Source: Eledone cirrhosa
Taxonomy: Eukaryota
Length of the DNA stretch: 64,000 bases
Assembly: GCA_964016885.1 (NCBI GenBank)
Contig: OZ024740.1
Coordinates: forward strand, 161,944,001 to 162,008,000
Direction of reading: 5' to 3'
The translations under genes and the position numbers were made by a program. Positions 27,501-41,496 of this stretch are shown in pieces; position 1 is the stretch's first letter, and every line of letters begins with the position of its first letter. A model generated the notes under the pieces. It was given only the letters and a program-made list of their open reading frames with translations. It was not told the DNA's origin and ran no database searches.

Positions 27501-28632
27501 ACTAGATACCTTGTAGTATTTGTTTCAGCATTATATGTTCAGAGTTCAAATCCCACGGAGGCTTACTTGCATGGCAGACTTAATCTGCTACCCAGTTTAA
27601 CACCACCACCTGGCTCTTAGGTGTCTTTAATGAAAAATGTCCACTCTGCTGCAAGCATTCAGGCCCAATCTTTGGTTTGAGGATAGCTCCTTCACTCCCT
27701 TCCAACTGCCTGGGAGTTCCTGAGTAAGGATCAAGAGCATTACTCTTCTCTTGAATAAACAGCAAAAGAAATTTAAAAAATAGGGAAAAGGAAAAATGCT
27801 GTTATATTTTTCTGCTTTAACTCTGAATCAATTCACTAACTTCATTTACACTACATAGTTGTAATTTCTGGCAACAGTCAATAATAAACCCGAAGAGATA
27901 GGAGGGACTCTGTTAGGTTGACTTGACATTGACACACTGCAGGAAGTCTTTGATAATAATCTAAGAAATGAGGTGAACATTATCTGCAGAATTTTATTTT
28001 CATTTCTTTCTTTCTTTTTTTTTCATTCAGGGTTGGCAGATTGGGCAACAAGTAGCATATGCTACTTTTCAAGACTGCATGCTATTATTTCTTTGATTTC
28101 AACAACTTGGTATATTAAAAATTAATAATCTTAAAGGTACAACTCTAATTTAATGTCACAATAACCTTTTCATTATCAAATTTCTAATGAAATACCCTGC
28201 CTTTGTGTTTCAATTAATTTTGAATATAATAAAATATTTGGGGGAGTTTAGTAAAATAATTTAACTCTTTCATTATGATCATGACTGTTTTAGGTTTGTT
28301 CTTCTGTACTTGCATGGATTTGGACAAACTGATATTTAGAGTATTTCTTCAACAACATTATGATGGAAGGATCCAATATAAGTGTAACCATTTAAAAATG
28401 AGCAGTTTTGTTTCATAAATCCATAGTGGTTTTAAGCAGTTTAGTATCAAAAGGGTTAAATTATTAAATTGGAACAAACCTACAGGGGAAGGGTCATGAG
28501 CTCTGCCTTTCTCTCCTGACTAAGCTATAAAAAAAATTAACCTAAATTTTCTACTCTTTCTTGGCCATATTGTGTTCATATGACTTCAAGAGAGATTGAT
28601 GGAGTTATTAGAGAAGTGTTTGACAATTTGAA

Positions 28633-29443
28633 TACCACTGTTGGCCACAAGAGGTTTTTCTCTAAAAATGAAAGGCAGATTGTATGATGCTTGTATACGA
28701 ACAGCGATATTACATGGTAGTGAGACCTGGGCATTGTGTGCTGAAGACTTGCATAGATTAGAAAGAAATGAAGCTTGCATGCTCCGATGGATGTGTAATA
28801 GTAATGTGCGTGAATGGCGAAGCATAAACGAATTGAGAGAGAGACTAAGCATAAGAGGTATCAAATTTTGTGTTCTGGAGAGGAGATTATGTTGGTATGG
28901 TCATGTGATGCATATGAAGGACAACAGCTGTATAAAAAAGTGCAGAGCAATGAAAATTGATGGAAGCTACGGAATGAGTAGACCAAGAAAAACCTGGGAT
29001 GAGGTGATAAAAACTGACCTTGCTCACTTACACCTCTCTAAGACAATGTCACTGGATCAAGATCTTTGGCACCATGCAGTTGTACAGAAGACCTGCCTTC
29101 CCATGCATACAAACCTAGTCAGTAGGCACCGCTTAACTCAATATACACCCCACACCACACACCCTACCCCATCCTCCCATTTCCGTCCACTGTGTCGGTG
29201 ACACAACAAAAAGCACCCAGTCCACACTGTAAGGTGGTCGTGTAGGAGACACGGTAAAAAGGCTCCCAGTCCACACTGTAAATGAGGTTGGTGTTAGGGA
29301 GGGCATCCAGCTGTAGAAAACCTGCCAGAGACACTTCCGTACGAGCGAGACACGGTCTCCTGACCAATCCCGCATCAAATAGAACAAAACCGTCTAACCC
29401 ATGCTAGCGTGGAAGATGGATGTTAAATAATGATGATGATGAT
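28633..29443 (+). mobile_element. 5'-truncated RTE-clade LINE (ORF C-terminus, 3' UTR, (GAT)n tail)
   Basis: KGRLYDACIRTAILHGSETWAL...RRLCWYGHVMHM...RPRKTWDEVI is a typical RTE C-terminus. Confidence 0.9.
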
Positions 29444-30473
29444 ATATATATATATAATTTACTAGCAGCATTTTCCTTTTGGGAAACTTTCTAACATAAT
29501 CTACTACACTTCGAAAAGGTTGTACTACTTTTTATGAAATTGAACAGGTAATACTGTTAACATTTATCCTTTTAAGAGAATCAGTGTATGTGTGAGTGTA
29601 CAAGCATGCATAAATGAATGATGGGATATGTGTGTATGTCTATGTGTGGTGTGCGTGTTAGTAATACAGAGTATTAGAAATGGATAATGTTTGTGTGAGA
29701 GAAGTGTACTCCAATCAGTGTTCACTTCACCTGTTGTCAAAGTCTGATGGTTGAGCAGGGATTTTGGACTCTATTTTATCATGATAACATAAATCAGCAG
29801 TCAATTAAATCGACCCAAGAAGAATGAAAGGTGAATTTGACATCGAAGAGAACTGAACTTTGGACAAATAGAGCCTGAACAAATAGAGGAAGGCATGTCT
29901 GACACTCTAACAATTCTGCTAATTCAAAACAATAGAAGGAGCTTTCTACTGCATGTGGCCTAGTGAGTAGGGTGTTAGATTCACGATCAATAAAGCCATG
30001 GGTTTGGATCCTAGACCAAGTTGTGCATTATCTTCTTCAATAAAATACTTTATGTCACATTGCTTTTTCTGCCAGGAGTTATGACTGCCGGTCGATAATA
30101 TCAGCAATGGAAACATTGTTTCCTTAGTCTGATCTTTCCTTTCTATAGTCATGATGATTAATTAGGCCGAGAAAGATTAAACATATAATTAGTGATGAAT
30201 ATATGTAGTAGACTGATAAGGGTGACAAACCATTTCTTTCTACAGAGAAAATAAAATTTCAGTCAGTAATAGTTCATTGGATAGAATGAATAGATAAGAT
30301 CAATAAGAATGTTTACCAAATTTTCCTATATCTGCAAATATGATAATGACAGTTCTAGGCTCTCCATTGACTGTGCATTTAAACTCTTTCATGGATGTAT
30401 TTCTCATGAAACACACTTTGTTTCAATTAATGAATGGAGAATTTTGAGGGATTATCAATTATTATATATTTCT

Positions 30474-31537
30474 CTAGCAGAGGTACTCGGATATTAAATA
30501 GCAGTTGTGTATAACATTTATGTCAATACTTCAGTGCTGCTTCGAAAACTATACTTTTACAAAATCATCGGCTTTTTCCAAAAGGGGGTTCCTGCCCCCA
30601 GGAGTCCCCTACTCAGTATGTGCCAATTCTGAGAGTTCACATTCATCTGTAGGACAAACGTAGCCCATGTGTCAAGTTTTGTGAAAATCGGTTGTGAACT
30701 CCAGAAGTTATGACGTTTTGTTGCATTGCACTACAGTGCTTCAGTCGACTCCAAGGAAGTGATTAAAGGGGGTTATCTGCCGGGAGGCGCTATAATCAAT
30801 ATCTGGAAAAATGAAAGTGCTCATGTCCATCCAGAGTACAAAAGTAACCTATGTCTTAAGTTTGGTGAAAATACTGTAGAAATGCATAAGGTTTATACAT
30901 ACGCGCGCGCGTGCGCATGTGTGTGTGTGTGGGTGTGTATGTATTTGTATGTGCGTATGTATGTGTATGTCTGTCGGGGCATACGTATGTACTGGTCTAA
31001 ATCTTCACTATTTACTTTTACTATTTTAATAACCTCTGTCATTTTCGTTTTCAATTTTATTTACATCATTCTTAAACTTCAGGGCTGGAAATCATTCTGC
31101 TATTTTAAATAGAATATTAGTCTAACGACTCCATTTATAACATAAACTTGGTCTTGTCTTTGCATGAAATTGTTCTTCTCAGTCCACATAACGACGTATT
31201 ATCCTCGCTTTTTTCCCGTTCATTGCCAGGGAACGTCTTCATGAACCAAAAATCGTCTTCCTGTTTTCCTTCGGTTGCAACGTTTCTCGAAATATTTACT
31301 TCTGCTATCACAGATTACTCTCATTTCAATTTGAATGGGAAATTCCTGTTTCATCGATTTTCTCCGTAACCATGGAAGCTTGTAGCTTGAAAGTTGACCC
31401 AACGCCTCCTCGGGTCATTCTGCATAACTGTGTAAATTTTCGCTGCATTCCACCAAGCCGTTTCAACCTTTATCCGACTACACCTACTTACTTACTTAAA
31501 TATACAACGTCCGACCACTTCCAATTTATGTAGTAGA
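30474..31537 (-). mobile_element. Non-autonomous Helitron-like element
   Basis: The minus strand starts A|TCTACTACATAA, then a (GTAA)n tract and AAACGGCT...AAATTTACACAG. Internal TGTGTCAAGTTTTGTGAAAATCGG-type repeats are present. A candidate CTAG end lies at 30474, but its flank is imperfect. Confidence 0.45.
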
Positions 31538-33654
31538 TTACTAAGACTAACTTAAGATATGGTTCACATATAAAATTATATAAGATCTTAATTTAATAGA
31601 ACAAGAGGTACTTTTGGCCTGGTTGGTATTGTAAATGTTAACTTATGCAAAATTATCTACTAGGGGAGCATACATACTGACACATGCATAAGAGGGCCTC
31701 TACAAGGTCACTCAACTCCTACTAGAACTAGCAATCAACCCCCCCCCCCCTTAAATTATTGGACACTACTGTGAAGGCATATGGCCTAGTGGTTACGATC
31801 ATGTCATGGGTTTGATGCCTGGATCAGGTGGTGCATTAAGTTCTTGAGTAAAACACTTCAATTAACGCTGCTCCAGTACACTCAGCTAAAAAACGATCAC
31901 CAGCAGTAACTGGAAGGTAACCCTGCAATGGACTGTGGCCTTGTCAAAGGGAGGGGAGACTTTCAGTTGCTTAATGCTGATGGAAAATGAAACCAGGGAT
32001 AAGTACCAACCAAATGAGCTTGATGGCTTGGGATAGACTTTTTAAATTGTCTTAAAAAGAAAGATAAAAATTTCCCCATGCTAGTCGTAAAAAGATGAAA
32101 GCCAAAATTAACCTCAGTGATAACCAAACCCAGAATACAAAGGGCTGGAATGACAGTAAAAGCTAGATGCAATATAATATAGAAGTGAACTAAAACAATA
32201 TTAAATATTTGACCTCTTTTATCATTCATCTGCTTTAATAATTTTTCTTAAAATAATCACAAATAATGGGTTAAGTGGAAAGTACACTAAACTAACTGAT
32301 ATTTACATACCACAAGTTCAGACCTGTTGTGTCGTCACTGTATCTATTTATTTTATTGTTTTTATGGTATACACCTGCCTAGGTTTAGCCAGCCTCCTAT
32401 GAGGTTGCATCTCAAATTTCTTAGGTGTTTTAATGGTGATGGACCCACTCCACTAATAATGCATCAAGTTGTTGTTTAGAAGAAGACAAAAAGAAAGGGC
32501 AATGTAGTAATGCTAGGTAGGAAGTAAACTTGGCAAACAAGGAAGAAAAAATAAGAGGAATGAGGAGATACAGTCAGTATTGAGCCCACATTTCCTTCCT
32601 AAAGACCTCATATCAGAAACCTATACAACTAGATTAGTTCTTACATTGCAAAAACCAATGTCTATAGATTTGTCAATTTAAATGTTTATAGTATCCTTAC
32701 CCATGGACAGATCATTGTGAAAAATTGCAATATTAAAAACTTTATTTCCATTTTTTAAGAATGTGTAATAAATGCAATTTCAAGTGGTACAGTACATTAA
32801 TAGTAAAAGACATGCAATCACACAACTACCTTCCAAAAGGTTTATGAAACTTAAACAAAGATTTCCCTGAGATTTTGCAAAATTATATGGATGTGTTTCT
32901 CTCAAATATCCCAGATAAGACAACCACAAAAAGCCACAACAGAAGAAGAGCAACCTGCATGAACTTATTCATATACCAACTAGAAATTCCACCTATGGAT
33001 GAAAGGCAACATTGACCTTGTTGCCATACACCTGCATACATAAAAGACACAGAACATTCAACTCAGAAGACAGTGTTCCAGTATGGGCCTAGTTTTGATG
33101 GATAAAACAAATCTAAAGAGAATACAACAAATACCTTAGTATAATGGATTACATTGTTTTAAGTATTACTGGTAAAATACCAGTAAAGTACTGAATTTGT
33201 GTTATAATCTTCCCCCAAAATACCTGGCCTTGTGCCTAAATTCAAAATAATTATTTTATTTACACACAAGTATAAAGTGTTTTTTAAGGTGAATAATAAG
33301 ATAATCTATAATATTCAAAAGAAATCTACTTCTGTAAAATAACGATAAAAAACACACCTCTTATTGGGTTCTTTTAGGTATTACTGGTCTATCTATTCTT
33401 AAAATTTACCCTTTCGTTGCCATATTTCTAATAAAATACCCTGTATTTGAATTAATGAAGAATTTGGAGGAATTTACTAAAATTATTATTTCTTTAAGAT
33501 GATATTTGTAAGATAAAAGGTTTTCATATAAATTATGTTGGAAAATTCTAATTGAAATAGGAATCCATTCAAATAGGTGGTCTGTTCTCCAGAACTAGAG
33601 GTGGTTTTCAGGAGGTCCGTATCAAAAGGGTTAATATTGTTTATGAGGTGTATG

Positions 33655-33773
<119 letters not shown>

Positions 33774-35236
33774 CTTTTAATTTGTGTCAGTTTTTGCCAA
33801 TTAGTATAAGCTGGATTCTTCTGCATTCTTTTTACACCAGTATGAAATTCCTATTGCTAAGAGTAAAGATAAAATAATCATGTGACAGTTGACAGTTTGC
33901 AACACTTTCGAACCCATTGGAGGACATATCATGCTAATCCTTATCAGTAGTAGCATGCCCTTAATATTTATTTGAGCATTCATATATGCTGGTTTCCTGG
34001 CTCACCCTTATCAAAGCTAGGGCAACCAATTACAGTGAAAAATAGATAATTGTTTAACTGCTGAAACATATTTCATTATTCCATGATACATTTATATGTT
34101 GCAATAATATATTTAAGATATAACATATGTGAGAGCTAATGTCAATGAGTGTGGTTAGGTGAAATGAGAGATAATCTCCTTTTAATCAACAATTAAAAGG
34201 CTTACTTCAGAGGATGCATGCAGTTTTCTGATAATAGTGCCTTAACCCTTTTGATATGAAACAGCCCTTGTTTATTTTAAAGTGATTATATTTATCTTAA
34301 AGCTATTTATCATAATTTTATGTAAGAACCTATGTTAAGTTGTGTTACAAACCACAGCTTAATAACAAAAAAGTTAGTTATATTATTAAATTCCTCCAAA
34401 TTCTTAACTATTTTCAAAATTATTTGCAAATTGTGGGCAGTGTTCTTTAATTCAAAATATTCCAAAAAATTGGACTCAGATTGAACTGAGTTTCTACTTC
34501 CAAATTATCAGGATTGTCAGATGTCAAAGTAAAGTCAATACAAAGTTGATCATAGGCCCATGCCAGTTGTGAAATGTAAGCAATATTTCAAACAGCTCAT
34601 TTAATATTTTAATAAAAGGTGCTAAATGCATATTTCTGTATGAGTTACTGGTAGTATACATGTACACAATAAACAGAATGAAATAAAGTATCTAAAACTT
34701 CATAGGACCATGACATACATCCTGCTCTGATCTGACTATACCCTTTAAATTCTGAAGGTAGCAGTCATTGAAAACTTTGATTTTACAAAGTGCATTTATG
34801 TGGAGTTAGTATCTAATCAGAACCACTAATCTCTCAGCTAGGTCAAGACCTCATTTTGCATACATATACATTCCTGCATGGCACCAGCATTAAGGAAGGT
34901 CATCATATCCCTGAAGAATTCTCTCTACACTTTGTTCAGCAAGTTTACTGGCATTTGCTTGTAACCTGCTAGGGCACTTACTTTAAGGATTTAGTTAATT
35001 TATAGGCCTGAATGTCAATTATGTCAACCTGGATTGGATTTGAGCTAACAAAGTACCATAAAATATTTTGTCCAAAGCACTACCAGTTTTAAACTATGCA
35101 CTGGTCAATATATACGGCTTCTATAGGACTAGAACCGTTTCATTCGAAGGATTTCCTTTGAATAAAACAAATTCTATATTAAATATTTATACTCTGCTAT
35201 GCATTGAGTACCTTACTTACTGTGGGAACCCGGGAT

Positions 35237-35272
<36 letters not shown>

Positions 35273-37615
35273 TCACACTGATATATAGCTAATGAGCTTT
35301 GCTGTAATTACTGATAAATAAAATTTCCTCACAACACTATGGCTATGGTAGAAGCTACTTGGCAAAGATACCAGGCAGCAGGATTACCAGAATGAGATTG
35401 CAAAGCAAATATATTAACCTCACAACCATGCCTGCATCCACACAGCTACACCTGTATCTGTATAGTTATGCATGCATCCATACACATACACATATGTATA
35501 TTGAAACTGTGCCAAAATTGGAATGTACAGGCGAGATGTAGTTCTCCAACCCATTTGACCCACGCCAACGTGGAAAGCATACACAAGATGATTATGATGT
35601 ATACATTTCAAACCATAAGCTCTATCTCTTTTGTATATCTTAGAGCTACATATTTCATTCATTTTTAAGATGGTAGAGTAACATTTGAGAGAATTTATCT
35701 GCTTTTTCTAGTAGATTGAGAGACCAAGTAGAGGTTCCTTTTCTGTATAAACTGTGTTATAAGGCATACAACTAACATTCCCTCCATTAAAATACTAAGA
35801 ATATGAAAAAAAAAAAAAAAAAAAAAAATATAGAAATAGATAAAAATAAAATAACATTTTCATCCCAGCAGCAGTTATATTAGCAAGCTTTTTACAATCA
35901 GATAAAAATAATTTAGAAGCCTAATTAGTTAAAATATCATAGGAGAATAAGTTAAATGTGCTCAATTGAAATTTTTACTGTTCCTTCCAATTATACATTA
36001 ATTTTAGAGTGTGTGTGTCTATTTATACACACATGTTTATGTCTATATACACATGTTTCTGTTTATCTATATATGCACATGTAGAAAGATCATACATTCA
36101 AGGGAAGAAGATTTGAGAGTTTGAGAAGAGCAAAAAGAGGGTTAAAGTTGCCTCTGTCCCTGATAAGAAGTATAGAATAAGATATCCTCAAGATAATAAA
36201 AGGTCTGTCTTGAAAGAAAAGGGCCCCCTCAGCAACCCCCACACATACACAATGGGAACAAAATAAAAAATAAAAAAAATAAAAATAAAAAGAAGAAAAC
36301 ATCCCAGAAGGAATATGATGGGGAGGAGACAAGCATGTGGTTCCTATCATGTTGAGTTTAAGGGCAGATGGTTTAGGTAATAAGCTAAAGGATTCCTTAA
36401 GCTAGAGAGGAGTGGGGCGTCAAGTCCTGTGGAACTCAAAGACAAAGGAGATGGGAAGATGCCAGAGTTTGTAGTAAACACTACACTACCAACACAGCCA
36501 CCCACACCTGGAATGAATAGCTAAGGGCAGAAAAGGGGATAAGTTTGGAGAGAGAGAAAGAGAGAGACATGATTTACTAAACAGAGAGAAAAAGGAGGGT
36601 GAGCATTTTTTTTTACTATGTCTATATAATATATACACACACAACACATACAACAGATATATGAACATGTGTTTGTGAGTGTGTGTGCATAAATCAGAAA
36701 TGTATATATGATATATCATATTTTAATGTGATTAATTTATTAAAAGAATATATATACTATATAGTGTGTGTAGTAAGTTTGTAGGTAAGTTTGTAAAGAA
36801 AAAAAATTATTGCAATCAGAAAGCTGGGACAAGTGGTGGGTGGTAGGTAGGTTGTGTTGGTAAGTTGTTTAGTAGAGATGGTAGTAGGATATCTATATAA
36901 GCACTATGAGATAGGAAGTAGGTCAACAGAGGCACTGACAGTTCATTTATTCCAGACTAGAGGCAGCAGACATACATACATACATAGTTACATACATATA
37001 CATACAAAATATATAAATAAATAAAAATAAAAATATAAATGAAAATTTACAGGCAAACCAAAGCAGCCCACCCCCAACCACAAGCCATCACCACCACCAC
37101 CAACTACTGTTATGGGTCTTTTGTAACCTATTCATACTAGAAGAGAAACAACAAGTTTAGCCAGAAAATTAACTGTCACAAATAACTTGTAGACTGGAAG
37201 GAACCCCAAACCTTGCTTTGCCTTTCACCAACTTCCCACCCAATAATACCACCACCATCAGCAGCACTACAACCACCATTACATTTTAAACAGGCTTTGG
37301 CATTTAAGTTCCAAATAACTTGGAAATTTCTGAAAGAATGGGGGAAAATACTAGGATATATAATTTAAAGACTGATCTCTGTATTTGGATACACCAGACA
37401 AACAGTTGCACACACACTGCAGTTTCCATATATACCAAATTCTATTTACAAAGTTTTCATCAACCTGGTATTAGAATAGAAGCTCAAGTATATATTTCAT
37501 AGCTGTGATATAAGGGTCTCTCCCACTGCATAGCTTTTAGGGCAAATGCCTTGGGTTGCTCAATGTCTTGTAAATGGAATTGGAAGACAGAGAAACTGCA
37601 GAAGCCCACCATATA

Positions 37616-37914
37616 TATGGCTTAGTGGTTGTGAGTTCAATTCTCAGACCGGGTGATGTGTTGTTTCCTTGAGCAAGACACTTTATTTCACATTGCTCCA
37701 GTTTACTCAGCTGCAGAAATGAGATGATAGGACTGGGGTCCATATCATTCCACTGCAAAGTGGTCGTGGAAGTGCCACGGCAAAAAAGCACCCACCACTC
37801 ACTGTAAATGAGGTTGGTGTTAGGAAGGGCATCCAGCTGTAGAAATCAAGCCAGAATCAGTTCCCGTCCCACCCTTGCAAGCAGGGAAAAGTGGATGTAA
37901 AATGATGATGATGA

Positions 37915-37918
<4 letters not shown>
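37616..37918 (+). mobile_element. Composite SINE family B (tRNA head, CORE-like domain, RTE tail); internally deleted head
   Basis: Near-identical to 48693-49034. Confidence 0.85.
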
Positions 37919-37953
<35 letters not shown>

Positions 37954-39215
37954 CTCCCAACCCACATATTTACACTGCTTAACAACAACCAGTGCTGTTT
38001 GTTGATGCTCAGTATTATCACTCACAAGGCTTATGGTAAAGAAACCTGTGGAAGATGTCCCACAAGGAGTCTGTACCCAGGATCTCATGATTGTGAAGCA
38101 AACTTCTTAACCATCCAGCCATGTACACACACACACACACACTATATCTATTTGATATATCCAGATAGAGAAATCTCAAATTAAATATAATCCCTTTTCC
38201 CCATTTAGGTATCACCATGAGAAAAAGGGGTTCAATTATCACATGATTAACTATGAACTACTACTAACTCAGGTGGATAAGAGGAGGGACCCTCCCCCCC
38301 TGTTTTATTTCATGGTTTTGTACTTTTACTTTTTTTTTTCAAGAAGCTTGTCAAATCAGAAGCAAAATAGAAGAGTGGCTATTAGCCCTTCCCTCTTAAT
38401 ACATTTTTGTTTACACAAGGAAAGGATCTGAGTTAAGGGGCCAAAGTTGACAGAAAGGGAAGGGAATCCAACAAGAGAGAGAAAGAGAGGGAAAGACAGA
38501 CAGAAAGGACAGGTCATGGGGTCAAATCAGTCACTATTGCCTTGAAGGCAAACAAGCAATTTTCAAAATGTGCTTGCAAACCAAACTTTAAACAAAAATC
38601 ATTCATCATCATCATCGATTAACATCTATCTTCCATGCTAGCATGGGTTAGACGGGTTTGTCCCATTTAGAGGCAAGTTGGGTCGGGTGACCGTGTGTCG
38701 GTGATATAGGAGAGTGTGTATATATACAGCTTTAACTTTCACACATATATATATAAATGACAGTGTGTTTAGAAATTATGAGTGAAATATAAAATATATG
38801 TCATCACATTTTTTTAGTATAGAAAAATAGGCAAAATAATACAGCATATAAGCCCAATGAACAAAATGAACACAAATATTCCACCGTTCTTATTCACACA
38901 CAGATACACACCAAGGAACCAGGCGGAATCTTCGAAGTCACTGTCATTTTTCTACTTAGAAAATGAAATTTACACTCCACACACAAACACCGAGTGTTCA
39001 TTCTGTTAATGATTGAATGTTTTAAATACTGAATGTATTAAACAAAAATGTACAGGCAAACCAAAGGTAATGTATTTAAAACACACATTCCTATATATAG
39101 AGAGAGAATTAGGGCTCACAAGGGAACGGGTGAAAGCTTCAAGAACATCATCTTTGTCCGTTCCCCTGTCGTTTTAATTTGGACTGCCAAGAGAACGTAA
39201 CCTTATTATGTAAGA

Positions 39216-39292
39216 AGCTGTCTGATGAGATCATGGCATTGGGTATGCGGAATTGCGTGGCCCCTGTTGTCATTGAAATATATATCACAGCT
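39216..39292 (+). ncRNA. Type I hammerhead ribozyme motif with long stem II
   Basis: Stem I AGCUGU/ACAGCU is a perfect 6 bp. CUGAUGA is at 39222-39228 and GAAA at 39275-39278, followed by palindromic UAUAUA and an AUC site (cleavage predicted after 39286). AATAAA lies just downstream. Confidence 0.8.
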
Positions 39293-39338
39293 GTATCAAT
39301 AAAGCACTTTAACATCTAAAACTACTTTGCATTTTCTT

Positions 39339-39374
<36 letters not shown>

Positions 39375-39652
39375 CACATACAGGCATACACACACACACA
39401 TATATATATATATGGATATATAGACATGATTTCTACTGAACTAGAATTGTGTGTGTGTGTGTATGTGTAGCACATTGAGGTGAATGACCACAGGTGCCTG
39501 GATAAAAATTGTCTAGTATTATCAAGTGGTTTATCAAGCATGCCTTGTCCAAATAAGAATCATGGAGGAGTTAATAACCTGGAGCAGGCAGGGCAGCTAA
39601 TTAAATAAGGATAGATGGATTAAACACCATACAAATTCAACTCCTGGTGGTA

Positions 39653-39691
<39 letters not shown>

Positions 39692-40161
39692 TCTAATATA
39701 AGATTTAAAATGAAGGGTCTCCTCTTATTTCATTTGAATGGCTTGACAATAGAGTGTGATAGGGGTGAGAAAGAAACCCAAAAATATCAACCCCCTTTTT
39801 TTGTTGTTGTTTCCTTCAAATTAGACACATTTCTCCCCTATTCCTAGATTGCTAAAATTTTTCCTCAGAATGATTCTTTTATTAAAAACTTTTTAAACCG
39901 CTGACATGAGAAAATAATGAATCCCGAGCATTGATATGATATGATACACACACACACACACACACATGCTGTAAAATGGAGGGGTAAAGAGGGCCTCTGA
40001 GTCCAGTAAGACAACCTCCTTAGTGCTGGTGGCACAAATAAAAGCACCCAGTCCATGCTGTAAAGTGGTTGTGGTGTTAGGAAGGGCATCCAACCAGTAT
40101 AATAAATGCCAAAAATGCACAACAAATAAGAATTGATGATGATGATGATGATATATATATG

Positions 40162-40246
<85 letters not shown>

Positions 40247-40261
40247 ATATATGCCTTTGCA

Positions 40262-40960
40262 TAGGAAGGTATTCATAATAGAAAGTCCATACTTGAACAG
40301 GAATCTAATAAGACCTCTCCATTTGTGTTTAGATCAGGATCACCATTCCTTCCAATCACTCCTTTCCACGTCAGGTAGTCATGTACCCTGAAGTCTCACA
40401 TATGACCCAGTCTTAGCTTCATCTAATGCTGCAATGACTTCATCAATGAAGGATCTGCATTCAGACTCTCTGTTTGGCTCATTAACCCTTTAGCATTCAC
40501 ATTACTCTATATATACTATTATATTTTCATGATAAAGGCTTTACCTCGTATAATTATCTCACATAATATCAAATATATGAGATTTTGAAAGTATTTATTT
40601 TGAGAACAATACCTTAACATCAGTATGAGTGGTCAGTTACAGCCAGTTTGAACAGAAAGGGGTAGAGAATTCTGACCGGTTTGAACATTAAAGGGTTAAC
40701 TTGCACCAACCAGAGACCTTTTTTTTCAGCCTAAGTTTCAAGAGGCAAATCCTCCCTCCCAATGGGATAGAGTCCATAACACATTCCAACTTCTGCTTGT
40801 GTAGTCTTTTCCATCCTCCACCCATATCTAATGTACACGAGCCACAAAACTTTATTGAGGAAACCCTGACTATATTTAACTGGAAGCATCTGGCATCTTT
40901 CACTAGTTCCTGCTTCTTGCCTCTAAGGCTTGTAACGTTCTAGTTACCAATTGTCAAGGT
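40262..40960 (-). pseudogene. Decayed RTE (Expander-like) APE endonuclease fragment split by a MITE
   Basis: Translates as IGN*NVTSLRGKKQELV...GGGW...RICLLKLRL / EPNRESE...TWKGVIGRNGDPDLNTNGEVLLDSC...MNTF, with frameshifts. Confidence 0.8.
40486..40695 (+). mobile_element. piggyBac-type MITE family C with TTAA duplication
   Basis: TTAA|CCCTTTAGCATTC...CATTAAAGGG|TTAA interrupts the RTE coding sequence. Confidence 0.85.
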
Positions 40961-41496
40961 TTGCTCCCTTCTGGACCCTCTTTGAGGCCTCGGGAAATGT
41001 AATCTTCATGCTTCCATCCCATGCCTCCCAGGACATGTCACAGACCCACTGCCAGAAAAGTCAATATATATTAAAATACTGACGAACAGCCTTAAGAATC
41101 CTTTATAATGGTCTTGTCAAGTGTTGACATCATTGATCAACCACAAAAATATGTGACTAATGGCTTTATAAAGCTCAATAACTGTAGGAGGAACAGTGAA
41201 ATGGAGTCACTAATTTACATACTATCAGTGCTTACATATATATATACATACACACAGACACATATACATAAAGCACTTTCTCTACAAGATCAAGTGTTAA
41301 ACTAATATTTATTTTCATTGTACTGTATCATTCCCCTTATGTTGTTTTCTACACTGACATTTCATAAACAACACACACACACACCTATATTTTCATTTGT
41401 TAGATACAAAGTAAATTATTTAGTATTCGAGTGAGTAGAGGGTTATATTCTGAATATAGAACATACTGTATATACAAACAAAAACACTCACAAAGA

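Noticed and set aside
29205-29285. Short spaced direct repeats (CCCAGTCCACACTGTAA) superficially like a CRISPR array
   Set aside because: They are 2-3 subrepeats in the RTE 3' UTR, in a eukaryotic context with no cas genes.
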